Assembly: GCA_012295275.1 (NCBI GenBank)
Contig: CM022679.1
Location: 30,132,001 to 30,196,000 of the forward strand
Origin: Chrysomallon squamiferum
Taxonomy: Eukaryota; Animalia; Mollusca
Length of the DNA stretch: 64,000 nt
Direction of reading: 5' to 3'
Made by a program: the position numbers and the translations under genes. Positions 25,487-40,800 of this stretch are shown one piece after another; position 1 is the stretch's first letter, and each line of letters begins with the position of its first letter. Below the pieces are notes generated by a model, which saw only the letters and a list, made by a program, of their open reading frames with translations, was not told the origin of the DNA and ran no database searches.

Positions 25487-27714
25487 CACAGTTACTGAGG
25501 TCTCGTAACAGGATTTTAAGAAGTCGTTTACCCAGCAGTTGATTGCAAATGTAAATGAAAACAAATTCGCGTTCTGCTATGCTTGAAATAAAATATGATT
25601 TTTCAGATGTTTGAAGGCACCTCGAATAATAATTTAAAAAAAAAAGGTTTATAAACAGGTTTACAGAAATGGTGGCTGTAGAATGGGAAAGGTTACGTTA
25701 ATGAAAATATCTGACAAATATTGGTACCAGTTTATTCTGATTATGGTAATGTTTTAAAAATTAATGTATCAAAATTCCTTTTTAGGTTGTATAATGCAAA
25801 TTAATACCAAAAGTAATTAAAATCATGCAAAACAGAATTAAAGTGTAAGATAATAATTATATGTAAAACTGATCAAATTACGTTTTGGTAATACAGAATT
25901 ACTCAGCAGAGACGTTCTGGGTAAAATTTAAATGAACGTTTTTGTCAAATTAAAATTTGTCGATGTTTATCATTAGCTTTACTAAAATATTTAACAAAAT
26001 CGGGCACGGTAATCATGAATGGTGTTAATTCATTTGTATAATTATTTGCTTACATTTTCCTTATTTTTAATTTATTTTTATCTATTTATGTAGTTCTTTT
26101 TTTATAATTGTAATTTCACCCCTTCCTCCAGTCCTTTATTACCCAGGCAGTTGTAATCCAAGTGAAAACTGTTAATTCTTCGTTTATTATTTAAAACTGT
26201 TGTTTAAAACTGTGATCTGTGGTTAACATTTAGCACTGAATTCAGAGGAAAATAAATTACAAGACATTTTTAAATTCGTTTTCTTTTTATTTCTAATATA
26301 TGGTGAAAGTAAATAAGAAATATAATTATTTATTTGAAAAAAAAAGAAAAAAAAAGATGAAAGCAAATCGTCTATAAATTGAAAGATGTGTTACATTATT
26401 GACATAATTTAAAAAAAATTAAAAATAAAAAAAAAATAATGGTCTCATGCAATGATTAATTCTTCAGTAATACAAAACAAATAAAGATTAATAGTTAACT
26501 TGAACTCAGTACCAGTACTGCTACAATTATTCTCAAAAACTGTAATAATTTTATACTTAAAAAACATCCATGGTCACTCCTATGAACAATATTTATTGTG
26601 AGTGACCAATATAAAAGTAGTACTGTCCATTTAAAAAAAAAAATAAAAATAATTAATTAATATTTATGATAAGAAAACATTTACAGAAATCTGGATTTCA
26701 AGTTGCATATAGATATATATACATACACACACACGTTAGTCACAAACTTACTGCTTATTTATTATTTATTTATAAAAATAAAACATGAGACAATTATAAC
26801 AAGTACATATAGTTATACACAATTAATTTTCTGGATAACATTTAGGACCTGGCAATTGAAAATCATGAATTTTATTTAATATAGGTTTATTTAACAATCT
26901 GATATTATTTATACAGAAAGTATTAATAGATGTTTACATAATTTTATATTGATAGATTTTTCACATAATCATTTAATTTATATTTATCATTTGTTTAATT
27001 TCTAGCAGTGCAGTGTGATTTATAAATATGGGAGATATATATTTTCTTGCTCTGAAATGAGTTGCTGAAGTATTCTTTAGTTACCACTTTTTGTCTGGCA
27101 AAAAAAAAAAAAACAGCAAAGAGTTATATCAAATAGGTGAATACCTAATTTTTTTATAAAAACATTTTGTCTATCCTGAATTTTATAACTGATTTATGTC
27201 ACACAGATTTTCTATCCTGACAAAAAGAAATCACAGCAACACATTCTTCTACTCCAACAAAATATAGCAATTAATTTTCTGCAGTAAACATTTTGATGTG
27301 TAAATGTATCATAATTCTGAAAAACAGACTGTGGTCAAAACAGCAATATATTTTTATGTAAATTCTGTTATAGATAGTAAAGTATATTTTAAAGTTTTTT
27401 TATAAATCATTCTCAAAGCACTGACTGGAATTTGAAATATCCTAGTATTTCCCCTGAGTAGAACTGATCTAGCAGCCCAGTACTTACCAGTTCAGGACTC
27501 TCAAACTGACCTAGAATGAACTCCCTTTTCTTACAGACCTATGAACTAACTGTTCTTGATACAACTTTATCATTATAATTCATTCAACATAATACTTTTC
27601 AGTTTTATTGGCATCAAGTACTCTACAGTTTTTTCTTTGCTTTTCACCATTACAGAAGGATAAAAATATTAAATGAAAATATATTTTGCAGTGGACAAGA
27701 AAAGACAACTCTTT

Positions 27715-27882
27715 TCAGCTTGATTCCATTTTTTCACCTGTCTCCGATTCTTTGCTTTTAGCAAATTTGTTGCATGAGTCAATTATTTCTGAAATTAATA
27801 AAAATAATATTTACATGATGATCTGGAAAAATAATTTAATCATGCAATCAGTTTAATATAATATATAAGAAATTCAAAATAC

Positions 27883-27969
<87 letters not shown>

Positions 27970-29755
27970 ACAAACAAATAAATAAATAAATAAATAAATA
28001 ATAAACTAAACATTAGTGTACCATCAGTGATTTTAAAAATAATTAAGTTAAAATGACTTGACTGAAATTAAGATATTTAATATTAACTAATATAATTAAT
28101 ATAGGTAACTTTAAAATAAATATATAAATATATTATTGATCTATATTCTGAATGAAATGTATGTCTTACTTTCATGTCAGGAAAGTATTTAATGTTATTA
28201 AATGAATGCCTCTTGTGTTTTTGCTTTTCAAGAATTCAAAAGCATATTTGAAAATACCTTTATTTGACATAGTGGATGAAAACTGTACCATTATAAAGAC
28301 TCACTTGTAATTATATCATTGAATGCCTTCGATGCTGGAGAATCTGGTATTTCTTCGAGAAAAGATTTCCCTTCATCACAACATTTACCTGAAATGTATT
28401 TAGTTTATTTATTCATTTAATTACTGATTTTATTTATTTATTTTACTCACTAATTAGGTTTTTTTTAAACCATTCACACCCAGTGTGCTACAACTTATCA
28501 GAAACATATGTAGTGTATTTTGCTGTATGTGAGAAGGTTTATGTAAAAACATTTCCTTATGCTGAGTGATAACAGTAGCCCATGAAAAGATGTACAGAAA
28601 CAAAATACTTTGATAAATAACGTGAGGTTCCTAGGTTCGATACAGAGCTGTTTACATAACTGTGTCATCTAAGAGAAAGGTGTCTGCCCTGTCTCTGATG
28701 CACCATTTATGATATACAGGTCGGAATGGGAAATAAATAAACACAGAGCTTTAAACCTATGTGCCATCATGCCTTATACATGCTTTACAATTTAAGCAAA
28801 TTCATAGACCCACCCCAAAAATGCTGAACAAAATTCTAATTTTTTTTTTCTTTTTTTGTATATCATGTACAGAAAATGAACTGAGAAATATAAAGTTACA
28901 AGGAAAATACAGACTAAATATAAAAAAAAAAATTAAAAAAATATTTTCATCACTCCCTAATAACAAATATTCTCAAAAACAAAGGGCTTTATTTAAATTA
29001 TCAGCTTCTCTCCCCTTCCTAATATTATTATTAACTTATCGACATTGTTATTTAATTTTATATCCTTTGTATGTATGTGAAAGTAAAATTCTACCCTTTA
29101 AATTATATATATATATATATACAAAATACAAAAACAAAAGAACAATTCAATTCATTCCTAATGAGATTATATAAATGTACATGGATTAACACACACACAT
29201 GCAGGTTTTCACATGTATTCATATTTACCAATTCTAGGATCGAGAGGAAGCTGTCCAAGAAGAGGAATATTTAGAGTCTCAGTCATCTTGAGTGCTCCTC
29301 CTGTTGATGGAGGAAAGATCTGTGATTCCTTCTGCAAAATGCAAAGAAGTAAAAAATTTAAAATTAATTGTGTACAATACAAAATGACATGACATACAAT
29401 ATGATGTACTGAATTGTACTGTATCGATTTGTAACGTATTACAATTTTATTTTATTTCCTAAACGAAAAAAATAAAAATAAGATTGGAACAAAATCTATG
29501 ATTTATATCTGTAAGTGTAACGATTTATTCTTACATTTATGAACACTTTTATTTATTTATTGATTTATTGATTTATTAATGAATTTATTAATGAATTTCC
29601 TAAACGAAAAAATTAAAAATATGGAGTATCTTTTAGATTGGAATGAAATCTTTGATTATTTATTTATTTAATTATTTATTTTTATCAATATACATCTGTA
29701 TTATTTCTATTTCTGTTTATTCAGTATTATTTTTTATTTTTTATTTATTTACTAT

Positions 29756-29794
<39 letters not shown>

Positions 29795-32700
29795 CTACTT
29801 ATTTATTTACTTATTTACTACTTATTTATTTAGTTATTATTTACTTGCTCACTTACTTATTTATTTAATTAGTTAATTAGTTACTGATTTATTTATTTAC
29901 CACACAGCAGAGTTAAGTATGTCTATGTCAGTGTGAAAACTAGAATGATTTATACTTACTGTACATTTAGGACATACAAAGCCACTCATGTTTTCAACTA
30001 CTCCTAGAATCGGAAGTTTGACTTTCTGACAAAATGTTATTTCTTTTCTAACATCCTGTAGTGACACCTCCTGAAATTAGTAAAAAAAAAACAATTTTAT
30101 TAATAAATAAAACATTTTTAAATTTAAAAAAATAGCTGTCTTTTATGGGAGTAACATAGGCTCACATAAAATAAACAGATGTATACAGAAACATCCAGAA
30201 AAATACACAGATAAATAAACATATACAGACACACACAAACACACACACAGAAACACAGAGATGTATATAGATACATACACAGATAATATATATTTTTACA
30301 CATGCAGACATGACAAGAATGGGTCAGTGTTCAAAAAGACTGAAAAAACTAATATTTGTTTTAATTGGCATGTTTCAGCATTTCAGAAAAAATATTATTT
30401 TGTTTTAAGATTGATATAATTATAAATCTGACTGAAAACCAAAACAATTCAGTAACGTCAACATTTTCAGTACTGACATAAATGTCAAATTATTTTTTAA
30501 CATGTAAAACACACTTTTCATTTTTGTCAAAAACAATTCGCAAATTAACAGTTTAAAATCCAAAATCCTTATTGTATTTAATTCAAGTTTCATCAAGAAA
30601 TCAACATATTAAACAGTTGAAGAGGCAGAAACAATTAAAAATGTTACAGAATATACAAGTAACAAGAGTGTTAGAAAAAACATGCTTTGTGGATGTCCAT
30701 TTAATTATTTTCACCACCATCATAATCAACACTAATTTTCAAAATTATCATAAAGACCCCAATGTATGCACAGGTAAAATCTGGTTTAAACTTCACTGAC
30801 CTGTGGCGTGGTCAGCATGATGGCACCGTCCACACTGGTCTCACTCAGGTACTGGACAACTGACAGGTGCTCGTCAGAGGTTCCGGGCGGGGTGTCCACC
30901 ACCAGGTAGTCAACCTCCCCCCAGTCCACGTCCCGCAGAAACTGCTTGATCATCCCTGAAAATAAAAAAATAAAACATGACTACGATGATGATAGTAACA
31001 GTAACAGTAAGAACTATAATACTGATGATGATGATAACAACAATAACAGTAAGAACTATAATATTGATGACGATGATAACAACAACAATAATAATAATAA
31101 TTTTAATAATAATAATAACAATAATAACAATAGCAAAAACATCAAAAACAGGGGACTTCTAAATCATTCAGCAACTTCACTGTGTGACTGAATCAGAAAA
31201 AAATCAACTCATTTTCTGTGTTTAAAAGAAATTCAGGATCCCTTAACCAAAATCTGAAACTTTTCCCAAGCAGTTGAAGTAGTGATATCTTACATATTTT
31301 CATTCACAAACATTTGTGTGCATAAAATAAAGTTTATACATGCAAAACAACCTTAAAACTAAAATACCACTATTTCACCTGCTCAGAAAAAGTTTTGGAT
31401 TTCAGAATTTCATCAACCTCTATGTATGTGAATAAGTTAATCAATCTCTTTACAGTTTAAATTAAAACACAGAGCAAAAAAAAAAAAAAAAAAAAAAAAA
31501 GAATTATATATATATATATATATATAATTACCAATGTAGATAACTAAAATATTTATGTCATCCTCAGAATGCTATTAATGTGAATATTTCAGTTGAAGAT
31601 ATTACAACAGTGTGTATTAAAAATATATTTAAATATTTTTTACCATTCTTCTTAGGTCCTCGCCAGATTACTGCATCGTCAAGGCTACCAAGCAGAAAGC
31701 CTATCGACATTACACATAAGTTGTCTTTTACGTACTGTAAGGAAAAGAATAAACGTTAAAATTATTATGTTGAAATTTTCTGTTACTGACACCATTGGTA
31801 TTATTAGTTATAGCACTGTTGTTTTTATTTCCTGATAGTGCTATTTCTGTTCCTACACTTCTTTTTCTTCTTCTTCTTCTTATTATTATTAATATTTGTG
31901 TCAGGAAAGAAATGTATGTTTAATATCAGTTTCTTACATTTAAATATCATTCATAAAAATATGAACACAAAGTACACAGAAATGTAAATTTATTCATATA
32001 AAGTTTACATAATGTATTAACACAATTTCACACTCACAATCAGTTTTATATATATATATATTGCCCCATATCTACACTCGGACACATATGCACAAATTTT
32101 GTTGATAAAACCAGCTTGCTTTCTAAATAACCAAAAGTTTAACCCATTATCTAACATACGTTTATTTATCACGGACTACGTAGCCTTATCGGTTGCTATG
32201 ACAACAAATTAATAAAATATAGCCTGTCACAGGTAGATGTTAATTAAGGTATACATCTAAAGTACATACTATACAACATGACTTCACCACTTATCAGATA
32301 TCTTAACCTTGGTTTACCAGTTAAATATTCATGTGACACGAATGTGAACCAGCTCATCCATATAAACAAAAATAATAACACACACACATACACATATATA
32401 ATGATGGTGATGATGGTGATGATGATGATTATGATAATATCAGTATTAACAAGTAACAATAACAATGTTGTTGTTTTCACTTATAATATGATTAATAGTG
32501 CCACTACTACTTCTTCTATTCCTACTACTATTACAGCTACTACTGCTGATACCACCATTACCTCTACTATTACTACTACTATTTCTGTAACAATAATAAT
32601 GAATATGATGCTGATGATAGACGATGGCTGATGATGAATATGATGATGATGATGATGATGAAGATGACAATGATGATATACATTTTGTATGTAATTGTGA

Positions 32701-34847
32701 CAGAAATTTAAAAGTGTGCAAAAATAGTTTTATATAATAAATTACTTACAATAGGTGACCACCCTGATCCACTCTGATGAACCTAAAATAAAAAAAAGAA
32801 ATAAAAATATAATAATAACAATACTACTAATAATACAGCAACAATACCAAAAATAATAATAATAATAATAATAATACAATAATACAACAACAACAGTAAT
32901 AATAATAATAATAACAAAAACAACAACCAATAACAGATTATAATTTTAGAATTATTTAAAAAGCATCATAAATTAACAAATATAATCTGATTTAGAAAAC
33001 CAAATGTCACAATCTTTAAAATTTTAAAAAAAATCCACACATATATATATATATATAAAAATGTGAGTTTCATCTATATAAATATTTATTTTTAAATTTA
33101 AATCAATGGAAAATTAAATATCAGATTTAGATTAATTTATTTTTAAGCTTTTCTTTAGATGAAATGTTTTTTGAATGGATTATGCATCAATGGATTATAT
33201 TTGGATTAGATTAGGATTAGGATTATGTTTGTAAATAGCATATATAATATCTCATGGTTTTACATAATCAATACTTACTTTTTTGTATACACAAAAAATG
33301 AACAGCACCGAGGTATTATTGATATTTCTCATACAAACTTGACCAATAACAAACAAACACAAAATTTATCAAATATGCATGAAGCTTCCATTCATCATGC
33401 AAAAAACAATCATGTCATCTGTTTCACAGTCTTTATCCTTTCAAACTACAAACTAATCAGATATGTACCAGGGCTGATCAACAGAATCAGAGAAAGGGCT
33501 GTCATCTTGGGAGTTTCATTATTAAAAAAGTACCATTTAGACGATTGCTTTTTAACTTCTAAGATTAAATAAATTACATTATAAAAGTGAGTTGGTAAAA
33601 ATAAAATGAGCACACACATGCACAAACACACAAAGACACATATGGTAACACATTCTCATTTATTACCTGTTCACCTTCTAATCCCATAATTTTAGGTATA
33701 GATGGTCCACATATGTCAATGTCCAAAATGGCGACCTGAAAAACAAAATCTTTATTAAAATATTGGTATAAATCACTTTAAATACTGTTGAAATAATACA
33801 TTAATAATTAAAACTTAGTAAGCAAAAATAAATAAAATTAACTGAATTAGTTAAATAAATTCATTTTAAAAATGTAACAATAAAAAAAAAAAGTAATAAA
33901 AAATAATTAATAAAAGTACTATGTTAATATCAAAAGCAATTTGTCACTATTCATTTTTAATCCATCATTCCCTCACTCTCTCTCTTTCTCTCACTCTCTG
34001 TTTCTTTCTGTCTTTTTCTTTCCCTTTCCTCATTCTCTTTTTCAATCTTTTATATTTATATATTCATAAATATTTTAAAACCAATCTACTAAATTGCTGA
34101 TTGTTTTGTGTGCCAGTCAGATAACAACAAAACAAAGATATAATTTAGCTCATAGTAATGTAAATATTTAGATGGAATTTTTTTTTTTTTGGCAATACAT
34201 AGTATTTTTCTACATCTAGTGTCAATTTAGTGTAAAAAAAAGAAAAGATTGTCTACAAAAAACATCGTGCTACCTGAAGATGAAAATATTTTATGTATTT
34301 TTTACTGCAAACATTTTTAAGACTCAATGTAAATTAAAAACAAATACATTAATTTAAAAAATGATTATAAAGAATAATTTTTTAGATATCCATAAATAAG
34401 GTGATCATTTTCATGTAAGAGACAATGTAAGTTTTTAAAAAGAAACCAGAATAATAAATTAGAAATAAAAATGGATAATTTTTTTAAAAATCATGAAAAT
34501 TACATCAACAAAGTTTTCAAAATATATATTCAGATTTATTCTTTCATTAATTTGATTTCCATTTTTGGAAACATATAAATGTTTGTTGCCTCTGTGTGAC
34601 ATGATACCATCCAAACATCCAAGCCACCATCACAAACAGAAAGGTAATAAATGTTAAGTTTCTGAAATAATGCAGAAACAATTTAAGGAATTATTTTTTG
34701 TTTTTAAGAATTTGGCTTTTATTTTATTTTGATTTAATTTTTTTTTAATTTTATTTATTTTTTTTTTTTTTATTATTTTTTTTTTTTTTTAACTATGATA
34801 TAGATGATTTTATTTCATTTAAAAAAAAAAAAAAATAATATGGTACT

Positions 34848-34888
<41 letters not shown>

Positions 34889-37800
34889 AAAAGATTGTAT
34901 TGTGTGTGATATCCTTCTATTTTTTAACAATCTGATTCAAAAGCATGGTAGCCATAGGTTAAATATCTATTATAAAACTGAAAAAATGTCGAATAAATTA
35001 TTTAGAATAAAAAAACATCTAAATCATTACAGGTGAATCACAGCACTCATTTTTCATTCACACTATTTTCTTACACCTGGGAAAAATAGAAAGAAAAGAC
35101 TGAATAACAGTAAGAAAAAGAACAAAAGAATGATATAAGTAAAGCAATAAGGTAATGAAAGACAGAACATTTTTTTTTTTTTTTTTAAATAATAATAACA
35201 GATGCTCATTTTTCATTCAAACTATTTTGTTACAGACAGGAATGACAGAAAGAAAAAGGATGATATAAGTAAAGAAACAAGATAATGAAAGACAGGACAC
35301 AAAATAAAAATAAATATAATAATAATAATAATAATAATAAGAAGAATAATAAAAATAATAATAAGAAAAAAGAAGAAGAAATAGAGAATTAAATAAAGTA
35401 CTAAGAATGACAGCAAAGAAAAATAATAATCAAACAAAGGAAAGGATTTTTGATTTGAAAATGATCTGTAAAGAGATCTGACCTATCAACCTCCTTCACC
35501 TTAAACAAACATAATCTTTTAGTATATTAAAAACAGCTTCACCAGGTTAATCTTGAGTAAATATTTTCTTATAATGTACTAAATACAGTTTCAACATTTT
35601 AACACTGTCAATAAACACGAGAACATCAGAAACAGTTACGTGGGTGTGACTGTCTAGTCATGGCTGTAAAAATACCAACACGTGACACTAGCTTGACTGA
35701 TATCACGTATTCGTGAAACTGTAGCAGTTTCAGAGCTGTTCTATTGAAAAACTTTAACCCTTTTGACCCCCATCGACACAGATGAGTGCACATGTACAAA
35801 ACTGCGATACCTCTACTTAAGAGATCAAAGTGGATTTGCAAGCAGGTTTGAGAAGTGAATGGACATAATATGGCAGTGTGTAAGTAGGAATACGAAACTG
35901 AATATCAGAACTTAATCTTTTTCAATCAGACGTCAGATTTAGCCATCCAAGCAAGTAAACTGTTAAACAAACAAACAAACAAATAAATGAATAAATTAAA
36001 TAATGAAATATGTGTGTTTCTGTGTATGTGTGTGTGTGTGTGTGTTAAAATCTATCTTGGTCATTTATTGTGTTAGAATGGTAGATTCTGTGATCACATC
36101 CATTGACCAGCTGTCCATGGCTAACTGGCTGAAGTGTATTAAAGTCAGGCTTTTCTTTCTATCTAATTTCAAACAGTTTAAAATTAAGTGTATCATAACT
36201 TGAATTTTAATTTTATGCAGCCCAACATTGCCAGAGATTTGCACATGGTATGGCCCAGAGCTATACAAAACTTGTTGGCTCCCTGACATTATTACTGTGA
36301 CACCTAATAATTATCATTAACAATTAAAATGAGTTGAGGTGGTATTAAACAAATATTAATCTTCTTTTTTTATTTATTCATTAATTGTTTTGTTGCTTTT
36401 TTTAATTTATTTATTTATTATCATTTTTATTTAATTTAATTTAATTTAATTTTATTTTATTTTATTTTATTATTTTATTTTATTTTATTTTATTTTATTT
36501 TATTTTATTTTATTTTATTTTATTTTATTTTATTTTATTTTATTTTATTTTATTTTATTTTATTTTATTTTATTTTATTTTATTTATTTTCTATTTTCTA
36601 TTTTTTTTTTTTTTTTTTTTTGACATTGTTAAATTTTGTAAAAAGAACACATTAGATGTACATTCATCATTAAATCAATGAATGTGTGGTGATACAGGAT
36701 AACCAGTCAGCTATTGCAGGATGTGATTTTGAGTTGCAGCCAATTAATGAAATCCAATGCACCACAAAGGTCAATTTTTGTTTTTCACCATAAATAATTC
36801 TGTCTTTCATGTCTACACATTTTTTGCTGAAATCAGTCAACAAAACATATTCTTTGTGTTTTTGTGTGACCTGTCAAAATCTTAATTAACAAAATTATGC
36901 TAAAGCTACGCACTTATGTTGCCAAGATTTGTCTAACATCTCTGACATTGCACTCCCATACACTGGGATAATTCAAAAAAGTATTTTGATCAGTAGAATG
37001 TGATTTACCTTATTCCATCAAAACCTGAGTTTTGATAATTTTCATCATGTCACTGGTTATCCTACACTACCACACAAATATCAGTTTTAAAGGTTTAAAC
37101 ACACAACATAAAAAAGCCATAACAAAGCAGTAACAAGTCATTACCAAAGAAGACAAAGCAGAGCAAATTAAAAAAAAAATGCATAAAAAAATGTGTCTGA
37201 TAAGAAAATAATTTGTACTGTGTCACGCCTAACAGCTATAACATTTATGTAAACATGACATGTAAACAAAGTATGATCAAGTTACAGTCACTGTTGGTTA
37301 ACGATGTTACAAAACTGTTACAAGAATGATTTACAAAATAATCATCTTTTCATGATTATTGCAAATTGTATTTATGGGTCATTCCGTGTCAAATCACCCA
37401 AAAAAAAAAGAAATTTAAACCCGACCGTCTCAGATTTTTATGAAACTTGGTATACTTGTTGACTGGGATCCCACAGCACCAAATCTGAAATTTTAGCTCA
37501 ATCAGACCAGTGGTGTGGGAGATACGGCCCACCGAATTTTGAGATTTTTGCCAAAAATGGGTGTGACCACCAACCTTAGAACCCTTATATCTCAGGAACT
37601 ACTGGGCCAATCTTCATAAAATTGGTATTATTAGAAAGGCAAAATGACAAGGATTCCAAATCTGCCATTTTTGTTTAGTTTGGAAAATATTGGAGTACCT
37701 TGACCTTTTGACCTTTGCTATGACCTTGAAATTGACCGTGTGGATCACGTGATCTTGAGTTGACCTTTATTGAAATTTAATCTCCCACATGTTAACTAAA

Positions 37801-40800
37801 ACATATAAAAGTTTCCTGGGTGTAATATTTTTTGTTTAGCCACAATATAGATTTAAAAAATGCACATACATGAAAATAACACCTTTTCAGCCATTAACAT
37901 CTGATTAACTAAAACCTGAATGATCAATTCTGGATGCTAGTGATCACCATCTCTCTTGAGCATCGAGTAAGACATTGTAGGCTTACATGTATGCATAAAG
38001 TTCACATAAATTTGAGAGAACTAGGTGTTTCTGACGCTTAACCTTCTCACTATGTTTGTTTCAAATGCTCACTGTATCCTTCATTCCCAGACACATTCTA
38101 CTGTTCTCATTACTTTCATAAAATTGGATTATTTCCTCCTTCAATTCATTGTCCTTTCAATGGTAAAGGGTGACAAAATCAAGATTTGCACACGCTCTGG
38201 CTAGGATTCAGACATTAAGATGTCATTTTAATGTTACTGTAGCTGATGCTAGTTTTTTTCTGTCCTTTCATTCATTTACTGGAATGTGCTAGTGAATGGA
38301 GTTTGACAGGAGTTTGCCTAAACTCAACAGAGTAGAATTCAAATCAAAGTCCTTTTCTGGGGAAACAACAACCAGCGGTTTGTCTGGCAAGTTATCACCA
38401 AATTCTCCCATTGTAATACCACCCATACTAAAGCCATCCTCTGCAGGACCTTTGATTTCTGAAGGGTAATCAGACAGTCACAGCACAACTTGTCTCCTGG
38501 CACTAGTGTCTTTGGAGGATTTACTAAGCATTTGTAAGTGCCCATGCTAACAATTCTTAAAGATCTAGTGCGTGCTTGCTCAGGGTGGCGATTAAGGGGA
38601 TCACAACAGTTTTTCTGCAAAGTTGAAAATTTGATTAAAAGTTCTTGTTCATGATACTCTTGATTCCCGTGTTTTGATCCCACTTCAAAGAGTGAGGAGT
38701 TCGACTTCCTCAGTTTTCCATACACTTCGCAACAACTCCTTTTTGATATGATGGTGTTGATAACACACATTTTCAGGAGAGTTAAAGCTGCAGTTAGCCC
38801 CGGAAGAAATAAGGATTTTCAGTATTGGCCTGCACCTTCAATTCAATAGAACAAAGTCAGTGCTTTCCTAATTATTAAATCAAATCCTGAAACCCTTTCA
38901 GTAAAGTAAAGCAGGTCATAAAATGGCAGCAGAGTACATATGTCATTGCCAAAGGCCCACAAGTCTTGGGCATTTATGTCAATCTTCTCAAGTATAAATC
39001 ACAGTTTATTAAGGTGAAGTAGACCTTGTTCATACTCTGTGCCGAAGACTGGGTGTACAAATACATTATGCAGTACATCACTTGATGACGTCTGATTTCA
39101 GACTGGGTTGTACCGTTGTTGACTGAAACCTTGTTCAAAACCAATGGCCAGGCCCACATGACATGATAAAATTACTTAATAGGTTTTATGAAATAAAAAT
39201 ATTGTTTATATATCAACATCTGACATTGTGTCCAACTTAAAAAGCTTCAGATTGTCAAAGAAATGCAGATGAAGAAACTTCTTTGTCTTAAACTTCTAAT
39301 TGCCATGTGCTCAATGGGGATTGCACCAGGGAATCTAAAGGAGTTCCTGACCTGCCTGAAGCATCACTTCCTGTTAACCCTTTGAGCCTGATTGTGTAGA
39401 ACATGTCATGCCATTTGGCATCTTTTCATATCCTTCAGGCATTCCTTCAGACATGTCAGGTGGGTTTTAACTCCAAAGATGAGTTTTTAGTCTCAGAGAA
39501 AATGTACATTGTAATGCATTGTATCAATCATCCATGCAGGTATGCATTTTTTTAAATCTCTATTATGGCTAAACAAAAAATATTATACCCAGGAAACTTT
39601 TATATGTGAACTTTATGCATACATGTAGGCCTACAATGTCTTACTCAATGCTCAAGAGAGATGGTGATTCCTAGCATCCTGAATTGATCATTCAGGTTTT
39701 AGTTAATCAGATGTTAATGGCTGAAAAGGTGTTATTTTCATGTATGTGCATTTTTTAAATCTATATTGTGGCTAAACAAAAAATATTACACCCAGGAAAC
39801 TTTTATATGTTTTAGTTAACATGTGGGAGATTAAATTTCAATAAAGGTCAACTCAAGATCACGTGATCCACACGGTCAATTTCAAGGTCATAGCAAAGGT
39901 CAAAAGGTCAAGGTACTCCAATATTTTCCAAACTAAACAAAAATGGCAGATTTGGAATCCTTGTCATTTTGCCTTTCTAATAATACCAATTTTATGAAGA
40001 TTGGCCCAGTAGTTCCTGAGATATAAGGGTTCTAAGGTTGGTGGTCACACCCATTTTTGGCAAAAATCTCAAAATTCGGTGGGCCGTATCTCCCACACCA
40101 CTGGTCTGATTGAGCTAAAATTTCAGATTTGGTGCTGTGGGATCCCAGTCAACAAGTATACCAAGTTTCATAAAAATCTGAGACGGTCGGGTTTAAACCA
40201 TTGGGTGATTTGACACGGAATGACCCTTATGCAACATTTATCTATGGATAATTATTTTAACATTTTTTATATAAAGTGTACACAAATTATTAGGCTTAGA
40301 AATGTGTTCATTTGTATGTGCTAAATATAATATTGTTTCTCAATTTTCATTTTTTATTTTATGTTTAACTTTGTATCCAGAAACCTGGAAAAAGAAGAAA
40401 ATTGATCTGGCATCTTTTTATATGTTTTATGAGTTATAAGGAATATTTTATACAAAAAAAACACATTTTCATATTAATGGAATAAATTTTAAAACCATTT
40501 CGTAATTCCCATATTTTATATCTATCTCTTTTCATGTATAAAAGCTATTTGTTGAAAGCCTCTAATAACAAGCAGTTATGTGAAAAACCAAACATTCACA
40601 AACCAATTGTTGGAAATCACATATAAAAACTTTATTTTCATGAGCATCTTAAATTCTTTTACACTGAATCCTTAAAAAAATTTGTTATAACTGGCTGGCC
40701 AAAATATTTCAATTTTTTATCTCAAATTCTGATTATGGCCTTATATAAGAACTACTAGAGAAATTAAATTGAAATTTTGCCCAACAATGGACAATATCCT

